A stretch of DNA of 64,000 nt from Longimicrobiales bacterium (GCA_965248195.1 CBDFIQ010000002.1:2080001-2144000); one strand, 5' to 3'. Counted from the stretch's first letter, positions 30,347 to 39,888 are shown. Notes: generated from the sequence alone by a model not told the origin. Program-made: numbers and translations.

Positions 30347-31519
30347 TCAGCCACCCGCCAGCGACCGATGTGAGCACACGAACTCACGGGCCGCCATGCG
30401 CGCCGCCGTATCCGCCTCCAATACGTCATCCACCGTCTCCACGTTCCGTTTCGGAACCGTTTCCAACGCATGCACCACGACTTCCGGCATCTCGAGAAAG
30501 CGGATGTCCCCCGAGAGAAAGGACTGTACAGCGGCTTCGTTCGCCGCGTTGAACACGGCGGGCGCGGTGCCTCCACGAATTCCCGCTTCCACTCCGAGCG
30601 CGAATAGTTCGAATCGCTCCCGATCGATCTCCTCGAAGGTCAGCGGCGAAGAACGAACCGGATCGAACGTCCTCAGCGAAGCATCCACCACACGCTCCGG
30701 ATGGGCCAAAGCATACAGGATCGGTAACTCCATCGTCGGGAATCCGAGTTGCGCGAGCACCGAGCCGTCAGTGAACTCCACAAAAGAGTGAACGATGGAT
30801 TGTGGATGTACGATGGCCTCGATCTTTTCGTAGTTGATGCCGTAGAGGAAATGCGCTTCAATGACTTCGAGTGCCTTGTTGGCCAGAGTGGCTGAGTCGA
30901 CCGTAATCTTCGCGCCCATATCCCACGTCGGGTGGCGGAGCGCATCTTCCGGGCCAACTCGCTCCATCTCGCTTCGCTCGAGCCCGCGAAAGGGTCCGCC
31001 CGAGGCTGTCAGCACGAGACGCGCCACAGACGCGGGGTCTTGGCCCGCCAGACATTGGAGAATGGCCGAGTGCTCGCTGTCGATCGGGATCAGCTCCCCA
31101 CCACCCTCGCGGGCCGCATCGACGACCAGAGGCCCTCCGGCCACGAGTGACTCTTTATTGGCCAACGCCAGGCGCTTTCCCGCACGGAGTGCGGCGAGGG
31201 TCGCCTCCAACCCCGCGGACCCGACGATGGCGTTCACCACCACGTCCACCTTCGCATCCTCCACCAATTCCAGCACTGCGGCATGCCCGCTTCTCCAATC
31301 AGCGGTGGGGAGGCTGTCGACGCCGTTGAGAGCCTCCGGGTCGGCGATCACTGCGACAGGTATGCCATATTCGACTACCTGCGCCGCCACATCATCCACA
31401 GAGCCGTGTGCGCAAACCGCAACGACTTGAAAACGGTCCGCATGACGACCTATCACGGAAAGAGTGGCTCGGCCGATGGAGCCGGTCGACCCGAGGATGG
31501 CGACCCTGGTCAAAGCCAC
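30347..31519 (-). CDS. dxr: 1-deoxy-D-xylulose-5-phosphate reductoisomerase
   Basis: LGSTGSIG, LANKESLV, PIDSEHSA, LTASGGPF, HPTWDMGAKITVDSAT, NAANE. Confidence 0.97.
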   Translation of the reverse strand: MALTRVAILGSTGSIGRATLSVIGRHADRFQVVAVCAHGSVDDVAAQVVEYGIPVAVIADPEALNGVDSLPTADWRSGHAAVLELVEDAKVDVVVNAIVGSAGLEATLAALRAGKRLALANKESLVAGGPLVVDAAREGGGELIPIDSEHSAILQCLAGQDPASVARLVLTASGGPFRGLERSEMERVGPEDALRHPTWDMGAKITVDSATLANKALEVIEAHFLYGINYEKIEAIVHPQSIVHSFVEFTDGSVLAQLGFPTMELPILYALAHPERVVDASLRTFDPVRSSPLTFEEIDRERFELFALGVEAGIRGGTAPAVFNAANEAAVQSFLSGDIRFLEMPEVVVHALETVPKRNVETVDDVLEADTAARMAAREFVCSHRSLAGG

Positions 31520-32352
31520 GGACGGATCAGGAGGAGGAGGGCATAGGTGAACGGCACAGTGAAAAACAGTGCATCCAACCGATCGAGGACGCCCCCATGG
31601 CCCGGGAAAAGATGGCTCGAGTCCTTCACCCCCGCATCGCGTTTGATCACCGACTCAGCGAGGTCGCCGACTTGCCCGACAATCGCGATCGGAAGGCTTA
31701 GCGCCGCCGCCACCGGCCAAGACAGGGCGAACTCAGGGACGTCCGAAAGCCAAAGCCGAGCGAACACGCCACCGGCCAGTACGGACCCCACCAGCCCTCC
31801 GATGGCCCCGACCACCGTCTTGTTCGGACTCACGGCCTCGATCAGCTTCGCCTTGCCCCACCGGGATCCAGAGCCATAGGCGAAGGTGTCCCCCAACCAG
31901 GTCACCCAGATGGGAAAAATGAGTAGTGCAGCACCATGGAAATCGGTCGCTCCGTTGGAAACTTGGTCGGGAAGCGCACGAAGTAAGACCCAGAACGACA
32001 GCGCCCCACCGGTATAGAGGGCCCCCATGATCGTCCTGGCCGCAGCGTCCAGTGGGCGGCCATCGGGCCAGCGAAGCCAGAGCGAGAGGGCGAGCACCAA
32101 CAGCGCCGTCCCAAGGACCACTGTGAAAGCCCAGGGAGCGAAGGCTTGATATTCGGGCTGGAGCGCCGCGATCAAAGGCAGCGCTCCGGCAAGAGCAGCT
32201 CCCAGCCACCCGAAAGCCACGGCGTCGTCCCGAGTCAATCTGTAGTACTCTCGAGCTCCAAGGGCCCCCATTACGGCCATGAGCACTCCGAGAGGCCAGA
32301 CACCCGCATAGATGATGAACGCCACCAAGGGAATCCCGATGATGGCGACCAT
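31510..32352 (-). CDS. cdsA: Phosphatidate cytidylyltransferase (start uncertain because of the upstream insertion)
   Basis: DTFAY, VSPNKT, GDLAESVIKRDAGVKDS, PGHGGVLDRLD; the frame stays open into the MITE-like element. Confidence 0.92.
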   Translation of the reverse strand: MVAIIGIPLVAFIIYAGVWPLGVLMAVMGALGAREYYRLTRDDAVAFGWLGAALAGALPLIAALQPEYQAFAPWAFTVVLGTALLVLALSLWLRWPDGRPLDAAARTIMGALYTGGALSFWVLLRALPDQVSNGATDFHGAALLIFPIWVTWLGDTFAYGSGSRWGKAKLIEAVSPNKTVVGAIGGLVGSVLAGGVFARLWLSDVPEFALSWPVAAALSLPIAIVGQVGDLAESVIKRDAGVKDSSHLFPGHGGVLDRLDALFFTVPFTYALLLLIRPWL

Positions 32353-32378
32353 GAGCCGGCTGGTTAGCTCTCCCCTGG

Positions 32379-32697
32379 AAGGCTGTTGAAGGGGTACAGT
32401 GGGTCGCCTTGCGGATGCCACGGTCCTAGCTCCTAGGCGGAGCGACGACGCCATAGCCGTAGCTATGGCTAGGAGCTCCAACAACGGGGGCACCACGCGC
32501 AGCGTGGTCGGGGCCGTGCCACCGCAACCCTTCAACGTGTAAGGTCATGTCATTCGTGATCGTGGGCACAGGGCGGTTGTGCGGTTGATCCTGCGTCTCT
32601 CCTCCTCGGAGTAGCGTTGCTACGCCTCGTCGTCGTTCCTTGTCTGAACGCGCACAAGCGCCCTGTGCGCGACCCGCTGTACCCCTTCAACAGCCTT
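32379..32697. mobile_element. MITE-like non-autonomous element (319 bp)
   Basis: Terminal inverted repeats AAGGCTGTTGAAGGGGTACAG(T/C)GGGTCGC (32379-32407 and 32669-32697, one mismatch); CTGG on both sides (32375-32378, 32698-32701); internal hairpins; no transposase. Confidence 0.8.
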
Positions 32698-32713
32698 CTG
32701 GCATTCGGCGGTC

Positions 32714-33445
32714 CTATCCAACCGTCACACGACCAAATCGACGATCGCGTTCCTGGAAATCCACGACGGCCCGGAAGAGGTCCTCTCTTGAAAAATCGGG
32801 CCACAGGACCGAGGCGACGTGCAGTTCGGTGTACGCTACTTGCCAGAGCATGAAGTTGGAGAGACGGAACTCGTCCGACGTGCGAATCAGTAGATCGGGA
32901 TCCGGTAGGCCCTTGGTGAACAGGGCCGACTCGAACGAAGCCTCATCAAGCTCCTCAGGTGATAGGTCCCCGGAAACCGCCCGCTCGATCATCTGCCTGC
33001 ACGCCCTCAGGATCTCCTCCCGTCCGGAGTAGGAAATCATGAGATTGAGACGTAACTCCGTCCCTCCCGCGGTCTCGGAAGTGATGAAGTCGACCGATTT
33101 TCTCGTGGACGCATCGAGGGCATCCACGTCTCCCAGCACATGGACCTCACAGCGCTGCTCCTTGAGCTTTTGGGTCTCCTTGGACACGTAGCGACGGAGC
33201 AAGCCCATCAGCGCAAGCACTTCGGACCGAGGCCGCTGCCAGTTTTCGGTAGAAAACGCGAACAGCGTCAGGATTTCGATGCCCGCGTCGAGGGCGCCCT
33301 CAACCGACTCCCGGACAGCCGCGATACCCCGTTGATGCCCCGCGGCGCGCGGGAGGCCCCGCTGCGTGGCCCACCGGCCATTACCGTCCATAATGATCGC
33401 GACATGACGCGGAATTGGCCCATTGAGGCGGATTCTGTGCAGCAA
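32714..33445 (-). CDS. uppS: Undecaprenyl/polyprenyl diphosphate synthase
   Basis: HVAIIMDGNGRWA, FAFSTENWQRP, SYSGREEI, DPDLLIRTS, RLSNFMLWQ. Confidence 0.97.
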   Translation of the reverse strand: MLHRIRLNGPIPRHVAIIMDGNGRWATQRGLPRAAGHQRGIAAVRESVEGALDAGIEILTLFAFSTENWQRPRSEVLALMGLLRRYVSKETQKLKEQRCEVHVLGDVDALDASTRKSVDFITSETAGGTELRLNLMISYSGREEILRACRQMIERAVSGDLSPEELDEASFESALFTKGLPDPDLLIRTSDEFRLSNFMLWQVAYTELHVASVLWPDFSREDLFRAVVDFQERDRRFGRVTVG

Positions 33446-33456
33446 GTCCGAAGACG

Positions 33457-34005
33457 TCAGAGGGCCAGCACCTCCTTCTCTTTGTGCTCGAGCATCTCAT
33501 CGATGCGTTTCGAGCAGGAGTCCGTCAGCTTCTGGATTTCATCCAGTAAACGATGACCCTCGTCTTCGCCGGCCTCATGCTCCTTAATGGCCTGTTTCAC
33601 CTCATCGTTTTCGACTTTCCGCGCGTGGCGCAGTGACACCCTGCCATCCTCCGCCATCTGGTGGAGAAGCTTCGCAAACTCCTTCCGGCGTTCCTCGTTC
33701 AAGGGCGGGACCGGAATCCGGATGATATTCCCGTCGTTCCCGGGATTGAACCCGAGATCCGCGGTCAAAATTGCTCGTTCGATCTCAGGCAGAAGCGTCT
33801 TGTCGAAGGGCTGGATGACCAAGAGCGACGGTTCCGGGGTGGACACGCTGGCCACCTGATTCAGCGGCATCTTCGACCCGTAGGCATCGACCTTCACGGT
33901 ATCGAGCAGCGCCGGTGTAGCCTTTCCGGTGCGCACCGTCGCGAACTCCCGACGCACCGCGTCGACCGCCTCCTCCATCCGTACTTTTGCTTCCTCCAAG
34001 GACAT
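33457..34005 (-). CDS. frr: Ribosome recycling factor
   Basis: VRTGKATPALLD, YGSKMPLNQVA, PPLNEERRKE. Confidence 0.97.
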   Translation of the reverse strand: MSLEEAKVRMEEAVDAVRREFATVRTGKATPALLDTVKVDAYGSKMPLNQVASVSTPEPSLLVIQPFDKTLLPEIERAILTADLGFNPGNDGNIIRIPVPPLNEERRKEFAKLLHQMAEDGRVSLRHARKVENDEVKQAIKEHEAGEDEGHRLLDEIQKLTDSCSKRIDEMLEHKEKEVLAL

Positions 34006-34057
34006 GACCACCCCATTGCATCGGGTTTACCTCCGAGCGGGACGCCCTGCCGGAGGC

Positions 34058-34774
34058 CTATGATACCAAGGTGCCGACCCTATCTCCCCGAATGGCGGCG
34101 CAAACGGCCCCCTGATCCTCGAGATTGAGTACGATGATCGGAAGATCGTTTTCCTTGCACAGAGAAACGGCCGCGGCATCCATTACTGCCAGCTCGCGCT
34201 GGACGACCTCTTGAAAAGTAATGGACGGGATGAACTCTGCCGAGGGGTCTTGTGAAGGGTCCGCGCTGTAAACCCCTTTGACTTTCGTGGCCTTGATGAC
34301 GACTTGCGACTCCATCTCGATCGCTCTAAGCGCCGCCGCTGTATCGGTCGAAAAATACGGATTGCCTGTGCCTCCGGCGAAGAGCACGACCCTTCCTTTC
34401 TCCATATGCCGAAGAGCCTTCCGCCGGATATAGGGCTCCGCGACCTCGTCCATACGGATTGCCGTCATGACCCGCGTGGCAACCTTCTTATGCTCGAGCA
34501 AATCCTGAACCGCCAGGGCGTTGATGACGGTAGCCAACATCCCCATGTAGTCCGCCTGGACCCGATCCATCCCCTTCTGGCTGGCCAGCGCCCCCCGGAC
34601 GATGTTCCCCCCCCCGATGACCACTCCAAGGCTGACGCCCATCTCGTGGACGGCAATTATTTCGTTGGTGAGTAAGTCCACCACGGACGGCTCGATGCCG
34701 AACCCCCGCTTTCCAGCCAACGCCTCGCCGGACAGCTTGAGTAGGACTCTCCCGTACTTGGGAGGCTTGGACAC
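34058..34774 (-). CDS. pyrH: Uridylate kinase
   Basis: RVLLKLSGEAL, GGGNIVRG, DYMGMLATVIN, GTGNPYFSTD. Confidence 0.97.
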   Translation of the reverse strand: MSKPPKYGRVLLKLSGEALAGKRGFGIEPSVVDLLTNEIIAVHEMGVSLGVVIGGGNIVRGALASQKGMDRVQADYMGMLATVINALAVQDLLEHKKVATRVMTAIRMDEVAEPYIRRKALRHMEKGRVVLFAGGTGNPYFSTDTAAALRAIEMESQVVIKATKVKGVYSADPSQDPSAEFIPSITFQEVVQRELAVMDAAAVSLCKENDLPIIVLNLEDQGAVCAAIRGDRVGTLVS

Positions 34775-34794
34775 GTCCCTCCCGGTTTTCGGAT

Positions 34795-35388
34795 TCACTC
34801 ACCCACCTTGAAACGCATGAACCGAGCGACTTCGATCTTTTCCCCGGTTTTAGCGGAGATCTCGGTGATCATCTCTCCGACCGTCTGATCTGGATTTTTT
34901 ACGAAGGGCTGAGCAAGGAGCGTGCTTTCCTTGAAGAATTTATTGAGCTTACCCTCGACGATCTTCGATGCGATGTTGTCGGGTTTCCCCTGTTCCTTCA
35001 CCTGCTCCTCGTACACCCTTCGCTCGCGCGCCACGATGTCCTCTGGAATATCCTCCGAACTGACGGAGAGCGGCGCCTGAGACGCGATGTGCAGCGCGAT
35101 CTCCTTGGCCAACCCCTGGAAGTCGTCGGTGTTGGCTACGAAGTCGGTCTCGCAGTTCAACTCGACGATGACCGCAGTCCGCTTGTCAAAATGGACGTAA
35201 GACCCGATCGCACCCTCGTTGGCGGATTTCTCCGCCCGCTTCGCGGCCTTTGAGGCTCCCTTCGCCCGAAGCAAGTCGATGGCGGCCTCGATGTCCCCAT
35301 CGGTCTCGGTCAGGGCCTTTTTACAATCCATCATGCCAGCCCCGGTACGGTCCCGGAGGGCCTTCACGTCTTTCGCAGAAACCGACAT
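34795..35388 (-). CDS. tsf: Elongation factor Ts (short form)
   Basis: LRDRTGAGMMDCKKAL, ELNCETDFVA, KIVEGK. Confidence 0.97.
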   Translation of the reverse strand: MSVSAKDVKALRDRTGAGMMDCKKALTETDGDIEAAIDLLRAKGASKAAKRAEKSANEGAIGSYVHFDKRTAVIVELNCETDFVANTDDFQGLAKEIALHIASQAPLSVSSEDIPEDIVARERRVYEEQVKEQGKPDNIASKIVEGKLNKFFKESTLLAQPFVKNPDQTVGEMITEISAKTGEKIEVARFMRFKVGE

Positions 35389-35429
35389 CGTGTCGTTCGT
35401 CACTCACTCAATTTGATAGGCCCATCTAC

Positions 35430-35466
35430 AAAAAAGAGGCGGGAGCCCCAACTGCTCCGCCCCTCT
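35430..35466 (-). terminator. Intrinsic terminator/attenuator between rpsB and tsf
   Basis: GC-rich hairpin (GGCGGAGC...GCTCCCGCC) followed by TCTTTTTT on the minus strand. Confidence 0.65.
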
Positions 35467-35498
35467 CCGCCCCGACGACGGGGGCATGAACACTGCGG

Positions 35499-36746
35499 TC
35501 AGGATCCCGATTCGGCCTCACCCGCTTCAGCATCGGCCGCCACCTCAGCATCGGTGTCCCCTCCAGCATCGGTGATACCTTCCTCGGCGGCAGCCGCCTC
35601 TTGGGAAGAGGCCTTCACCTTCTTGGCCTTCACCTTCTTGGCCTTCACCGTCTTGGCCTCATCCTTCTCGTCCGTAGCCGCCTCGTCCTTCACTTTTTCG
35701 TCCGCAGCTGGCTCGTCCTTCACCTTCTCGTCTGTAGCCGCCTCGTCCTTCACCTGCTCGTCCGTGGCCGCCTCGTCCTTCACCTTCTCGTCCGTAGCCG
35801 CCTCGTCCTTCACTTTTTCGTCCGCAGCTGGCTCGTCCTTCACCTTCTCGTCCGTAGCTGCCTCGTCCTTCACTTTTTCGTCCGCAACTGGCACTTCCGT
35901 TCCTGTAGTCCCGCTAAGTTTTTCGAGGATCCCGGGCCGAGGGACTCGCTTCCTGCGCGGAGCCGCCGGGCGACTAGCGGTCGCGGTCACCTCGCCCGTT
36001 TCAGTCGAGTACGTCGTGGCCTGGGCCTCCTGCACCTTCCGTTTCTGCTCCTCCGGCACCTCTGCACTGGCTTCTCGAACCGACCGGGCGATCGCCTGCG
36101 TGATCAGACCAACCGAGCGGATCGCATCGTCGTTTCCGGGAACGGGGTACTCTACCAGATCGGGATTCGCGTTCGTGTCCGTGATGGCAATGACGGGAAT
36201 GCCGAGACGGTCGGCCTCCCGAACCGCGATCGCCTCGCGCTTCACGTCGACGACGAAAATCGCCCCTGGAAGACGGGACATGTCCTTCACACCCTCCAGA
36301 TACTTGTTGAGCTTCAGCCGCTCGCGGTCCAGAAGAAGTCGCTCCTTCTTCGTATAGAACTCGAAGGCGCTCTCTTCCTGTCCTCGCTCCAACTCCTTGA
36401 GCCGGCGAATCTGCTTCCGGATGGTCTGGAAGTTCGTGAGCATGCCGCCAAGCCAACGCTCGGTGACGTAGAATGCGCCGCACTGCTCCGCCTCTTGCTC
36501 GATGATCGAACGGAGCTGCCGTTTGGTACACACGAACAGGACTCTCTCGCCCGCGAGAACGACCTCCCGCACGGCTTCCTTCGCCGCGATGAGCCGGTCG
36601 AGCGTCTTACGTAGGTCGATGATGTGGATCCCGTTGCGCTCCGTGAAGATGTACTTCCGCATCTTCGGATTCCAACGGCGGGTCTGGTGTCCGAAATGGA
36701 CTCCAGCCTCGAGAAGCTCACTCAGTCCAACCTGCTGCTCCTGCAT
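35499..36746 (-). CDS. rpsB: 30S ribosomal protein S2 with long repetitive C-terminal extension
   Basis: LLEAGVHFGHQTRRWNPKM, RWLGGMLTNF, PGNDDAIRS. Confidence 0.97.
   Translation of the reverse strand: MQEQQVGLSELLEAGVHFGHQTRRWNPKMRKYIFTERNGIHIIDLRKTLDRLIAAKEAVREVVLAGERVLFVCTKRQLRSIIEQEAEQCGAFYVTERWLGGMLTNFQTIRKQIRRLKELERGQEESAFEFYTKKERLLLDRERLKLNKYLEGVKDMSRLPGAIFVVDVKREAIAVREADRLGIPVIAITDTNANPDLVEYPVPGNDDAIRSVGLITQAIARSVREASAEVPEEQKRKVQEAQATTYSTETGEVTATASRPAAPRRKRVPRPGILEKLSGTTGTEVPVADEKVKDEAATDEKVKDEPAADEKVKDEAATDEKVKDEAATDEQVKDEAATDEKVKDEPAADEKVKDEAATDEKDEAKTVKAKKVKAKKVKASSQEAAAAEEGITDAGGDTDAEVAADAEAGEAESGS
35610..35891 (-). repeat. Seven-plus 30-bp coding repeats (EKVKDE[AP]A[AT]D) and about three 15-bp repeats (VKAKK) in the rpsB tail
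   Basis: Units like TCCGTAGCCGCCTCGTCCTTCACTTTTTCG at 30-bp spacing from 35671 to 35880; GCCTTCACCTTCTTG repeats around 35611-35657. Confidence 0.95.
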
Positions 36747-36764
36747 AGATATCGTCTCGGGCTC

Positions 36765-37157
36765 TTAACGCTTCGAGAATTGGAACCGCTTGCGCGCCTT
36801 GGGGCGACCCGGCTTCTTGCGTTCGACCTTCCTTGCATCCCGCGTAAGAAATCCACCGGCGCGCATTACGGGACGGAGATCCTCGTCGTGCTCGACAAGG
36901 GCCCTCGCCAACCCCATGCGAACCGCATCCGCCTGGCCGGTCGGACCCCCACCACGGACCCGGACACGGATGTCGAACTGCCCATCCATTTCCGCAGCCT
37001 TGAGCGGTTGTCCGATCCTTTGCTGGTGGGTGGGACGAGGAAAGTAGTCCTGCAGGGAACGAGCGTTGACCGACCACTCACCCTTGCCGGGCGTGAGGAT
37101 GACGCGGGCCACGGCAGTCTTTCGCCGGCCCAGCGCCTGAATATGGGTTTTCTCCAT
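36765..37157 (-). CDS. rpsI: 30S ribosomal protein S9
   Basis: GRRKTAVARV, GGGPTGQA, LTRDARKVERKKPG..KARKRFQFSKR. Confidence 0.98.
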   Translation of the reverse strand: MEKTHIQALGRRKTAVARVILTPGKGEWSVNARSLQDYFPRPTHQQRIGQPLKAAEMDGQFDIRVRVRGGGPTGQADAVRMGLARALVEHDEDLRPVMRAGGFLTRDARKVERKKPGRPKARKRFQFSKR

Positions 37158-37167
37158 AGATCCTTGT

Positions 37168-37596
37168 TTAAACGTCCAGGTGTTGCGGCTGTTGGCCTTG
37201 GTGCGGGTGGGCCGCACCGGCGTATACCTTCAATTTCTTCCTCATGTGCCGGCCCAATGAATTCTTGGGAAGCATACCCTTGACGGCAAGTTCAACCACA
37301 CGATCGGGGTGCTTTTCGATCATTCTCCGAAACGGAATATGCTTCTCGCTCCCCATGTAACCCGAGTGCTTGAAGTACGTTTTTTGGTCGGCTTTGCGCC
37401 CCGTCAGCGCCACTTTTTCGGCATTGATCACAACGACGTAATCGCCCACGTCCAGGTGCGGTGTGTACATGGGCTTATGCTTGCCACGGAGGATTCCGGC
37501 GACACGTGTGGCCAACCGGCCCAAGGTTTTCCCTTCGGCATCGACGAGCCACCAGAGACGCTCGATGTGTTCGGCTTTTGGAGTATAAGTTTTCAC
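37168..37596 (-). CDS. rplM: 50S ribosomal protein L13
   Basis: [38 protein letters not shown]. Confidence 0.98.
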   Translation of the reverse strand: MKTYTPKAEHIERLWWLVDAEGKTLGRLATRVAGILRGKHKPMYTPHLDVGDYVVVINAEKVALTGRKADQKTYFKHSGYMGSEKHIPFRRMIEKHPDRVVELAVKGMLPKNSLGRHMRKKLKVYAGAAHPHQGQQPQHLDV

Positions 37597-37631
37597 AGCT
37601 TACCCGCACATAATCAACGATAGAGCAGTGA

Positions 37632-37660
37632 AGGATAGTGGAGCTTTTTCGGGGTGTCAA
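37632..37660 (-). promoter_or_regulatory. Putative sigma70 promoter of the rplM operon
   Basis: TTGACA-17 bp-TATCCT. Confidence 0.65.
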
Positions 37661-37781
37661 CGGGGCAAAGCACAGCATTTTCACGGGTTTTCGACCCGAG
37701 AGAAACCCGGCTTCGCCCGCCCGGGGGAATCGACCGTGATGGGGACAGGCCGTGGCTCAAGAAGCCTGCTGAAGAGGCCTT

Positions 37782-38633
37782 CTAAAAAAAGGTCTCCAGA
37801 AAACGAGCCCGCGAAGCGTGCCGGAGACGAATCAAGGCCTTTTGTTTGATTTGCCGAACCCGTTCCCGGGTGATGCCCATTAGGGCTCCGATCTCCTCGA
37901 GGGTCATCGGCTCCTGATCGTCCAAGCCGAAGTACAGCCGAAGAATCTTGGCCTCCCGTTCCTTAAGCGAAGAGAGCGCGTTCTCCACACTGCTCTTGAG
38001 GGCGTGGTCGTACGCCTCGTCCTCGGGGCCGGGCGCGTACTGGTCGGGCAGGTAGTCGAGCAGCCGGTGGTCTTCGCCGGGCGTGATCGGAGCGTCCAGA
38101 GAAAGATGCGATTGTGAGATCGCCAACGTCCGCTCCACCTCCTGCTGGGAGATGTCTAGATCATCCGCGATCTCTTCGACCGTGGGCTCACGGCCCAGTT
38201 CCTGGAGCAGCGCCGAACTCCTCCGTCCGATCCGGTGGAGGGCGCCCGCCCGATTGAGGGGCACCCGGACAATGCGGCTCTGCTCGGCGAGGGCCTGCAG
38301 AATGGCCTGCCGGATCCACCACACGGCATAGCTGATGAACTTGATGCCCTTGGTCTCGTCGAACTTATGGGCCGCGCGGATGAGACCGAGGTTACCCTCA
38401 TTGATGAGGTCGGATAGCGGTACTCCTTGGTTCTGATACTTCTTCGCTACCGACACCACGAATCGGAGGTTGGAGCGGACCAGCTTGTCGAGCGCCTCCT
38501 CTTCTCCGCGCTTGATCCCCTTGGCAAGGCGGGCCTCTTCAGCCTTGTCGATGAGAGGATACTGGCTGATCTCCTTGAGGTATTGATCAAGCGACCCTTC
38601 CCGGAAGGAACCTTTACGGGAAGCAAAGCCCAT
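37782..38633 (-). CDS. RpoD/SigA-family sigma factor lacking region 1.1
   Basis: SLDQYLKEI, NLRFVVSVAKKY, DLINEGNLGL, KFISYAVWWIRQAI, TLEEIG..TRERVRQI. Confidence 0.93.
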   Translation of the reverse strand: MGFASRKGSFREGSLDQYLKEISQYPLIDKAEEARLAKGIKRGEEEALDKLVRSNLRFVVSVAKKYQNQGVPLSDLINEGNLGLIRAAHKFDETKGIKFISYAVWWIRQAILQALAEQSRIVRVPLNRAGALHRIGRRSSALLQELGREPTVEEIADDLDISQQEVERTLAISQSHLSLDAPITPGEDHRLLDYLPDQYAPGPEDEAYDHALKSSVENALSSLKEREAKILRLYFGLDDQEPMTLEEIGALMGITRERVRQIKQKALIRLRHASRARFLETFF

Positions 38634-38797
38634 CTAGCCCTCGACGTGAATCGTGTACGTGACGGCGCCGCCACCTAGGGCGGCGGGGGCACCAAGCCAG
38701 AAACATGATAAGGAAAGGCTCATCCGCGCAACAGCCGCGGGGATGGGCGTTCCGCTGGTCGCATCCCCTGACGTTGGCTCAACTACCCCAACGCGGG

Positions 38798-39574
38798 TCA
38801 GCGGATCGGCTGGCCTACCCGCCCCCACCGCACGGCCTGAAGCCAGGGGACCCCCCGTCGGCTGGAGGGGTCGTAGGAGAAATACAGCCGCCACGGCTGG
38901 CCCCGGATCGAACGCCGGTCCACGAAGCCCCAGTAACGTGAGTCCTCGCTGTTGTCGCGGTTGTCTCCAAGCACGAAATAGTTGCCTTCTGGGACCGAGA
39001 TGGGACCCCAGTTATCCCTTGACGGACGATAGTCGTTCCTGGACGAACGCCGACGAACCCTGCCATCGTTTTCTCCGTATTGCTGGTCGCGAACGATCCG
39101 GGCCGCCAACAGATGTCTGCGCTGCCACCTCATGTCCGAATGGGTCGCATCGCCGCTACGATCAAGATGACGGACGTAGTTCTCCTGCATTTCATGCCCG
39201 TTCACGAAGAGGGTTTTCTCCCTCATCTCGAGCGTGTCGCCGGGCACGCCTACCACCCGCTTGACATAGGTCTTGAGTGGATCATGGGGGGGATGGAACA
39301 CCACGACTTGGCCGCGGCTCGGGTCCCGCCAGGCCGGCAACCTCAGGCCTAAAAACGGAACCTGTGCGCCATACACGGCCTTGTTGACAAGGAGGTAATC
39401 ACCGACGAGCAGGGTCCCCTCCATCGAAGACGTGGGAATCTTGAACGCCTCGACGACGAAGGCACGCACCCCCAAGAAAAGGACGACCGCGAGAATGATC
39501 GATCGCGCCCATTCCCAGGTGACCCATACACGGCCCCTAGACCCTCGCGATGCGCCTCCTTGACTCCCCACCAT
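38798..39574 (-). CDS. lepB: Signal peptidase I
   Basis: AFKIPTSSMEGTLLVGD, YVKRVVG, LGDNRDNSEDSRYWG; start uncertain. Confidence 0.93.
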   Translation of the reverse strand: MVGSQGGASRGSRGRVWVTWEWARSIILAVVLFLGVRAFVVEAFKIPTSSMEGTLLVGDYLLVNKAVYGAQVPFLGLRLPAWRDPSRGQVVVFHPPHDPLKTYVKRVVGVPGDTLEMREKTLFVNGHEMQENYVRHLDRSGDATHSDMRWQRRHLLAARIVRDQQYGENDGRVRRRSSRNDYRPSRDNWGPISVPEGNYFVLGDNRDNSEDSRYWGFVDRRSIRGQPWRLYFSYDPSSRRGVPWLQAVRWGRVGQPIR

Positions 39575-39888
39575 TCCGAGCGGCACCTCCAAAAAACGTC
39601 TATAGCCAACCACCCGTTCACGCGGCTCACCGCGTGGCGGACGTAGAGCATCGATACACAAATGTCCGAACCCCGGTTCCAGCACGTCAAGTCATTCTTC
39701 CGGCCCACAGGCCAAGGCGGGGTCCCCTGCGGAACACCCGAAAGACGAAAAGCTTCCCCGCCAAGGGGTCCTGATCCTAGTGTTGTAATAGTGGTCGAGG
39801 CTCGCTATGCCAGCGAGTCCTCTCTCCAAACGGGGTAGGTAGATAGTGGCAAGACGTCGGGTAGCAGGACGCACGGGTAGCGTTTTCC

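Noticed and set aside
35671..35891. 30-bp repeats as a possible CRISPR array
   Set aside because: Head-to-tail, in-frame coding repeats within rpsB with no spacers.
37760..37782. AAGCCTGCTGAAGAGG resembling the MITE terminal repeat
   Set aside because: Single copy pointing into the intact sigma factor gene with no partner end; better explained as a short hairpin after the stop codon.
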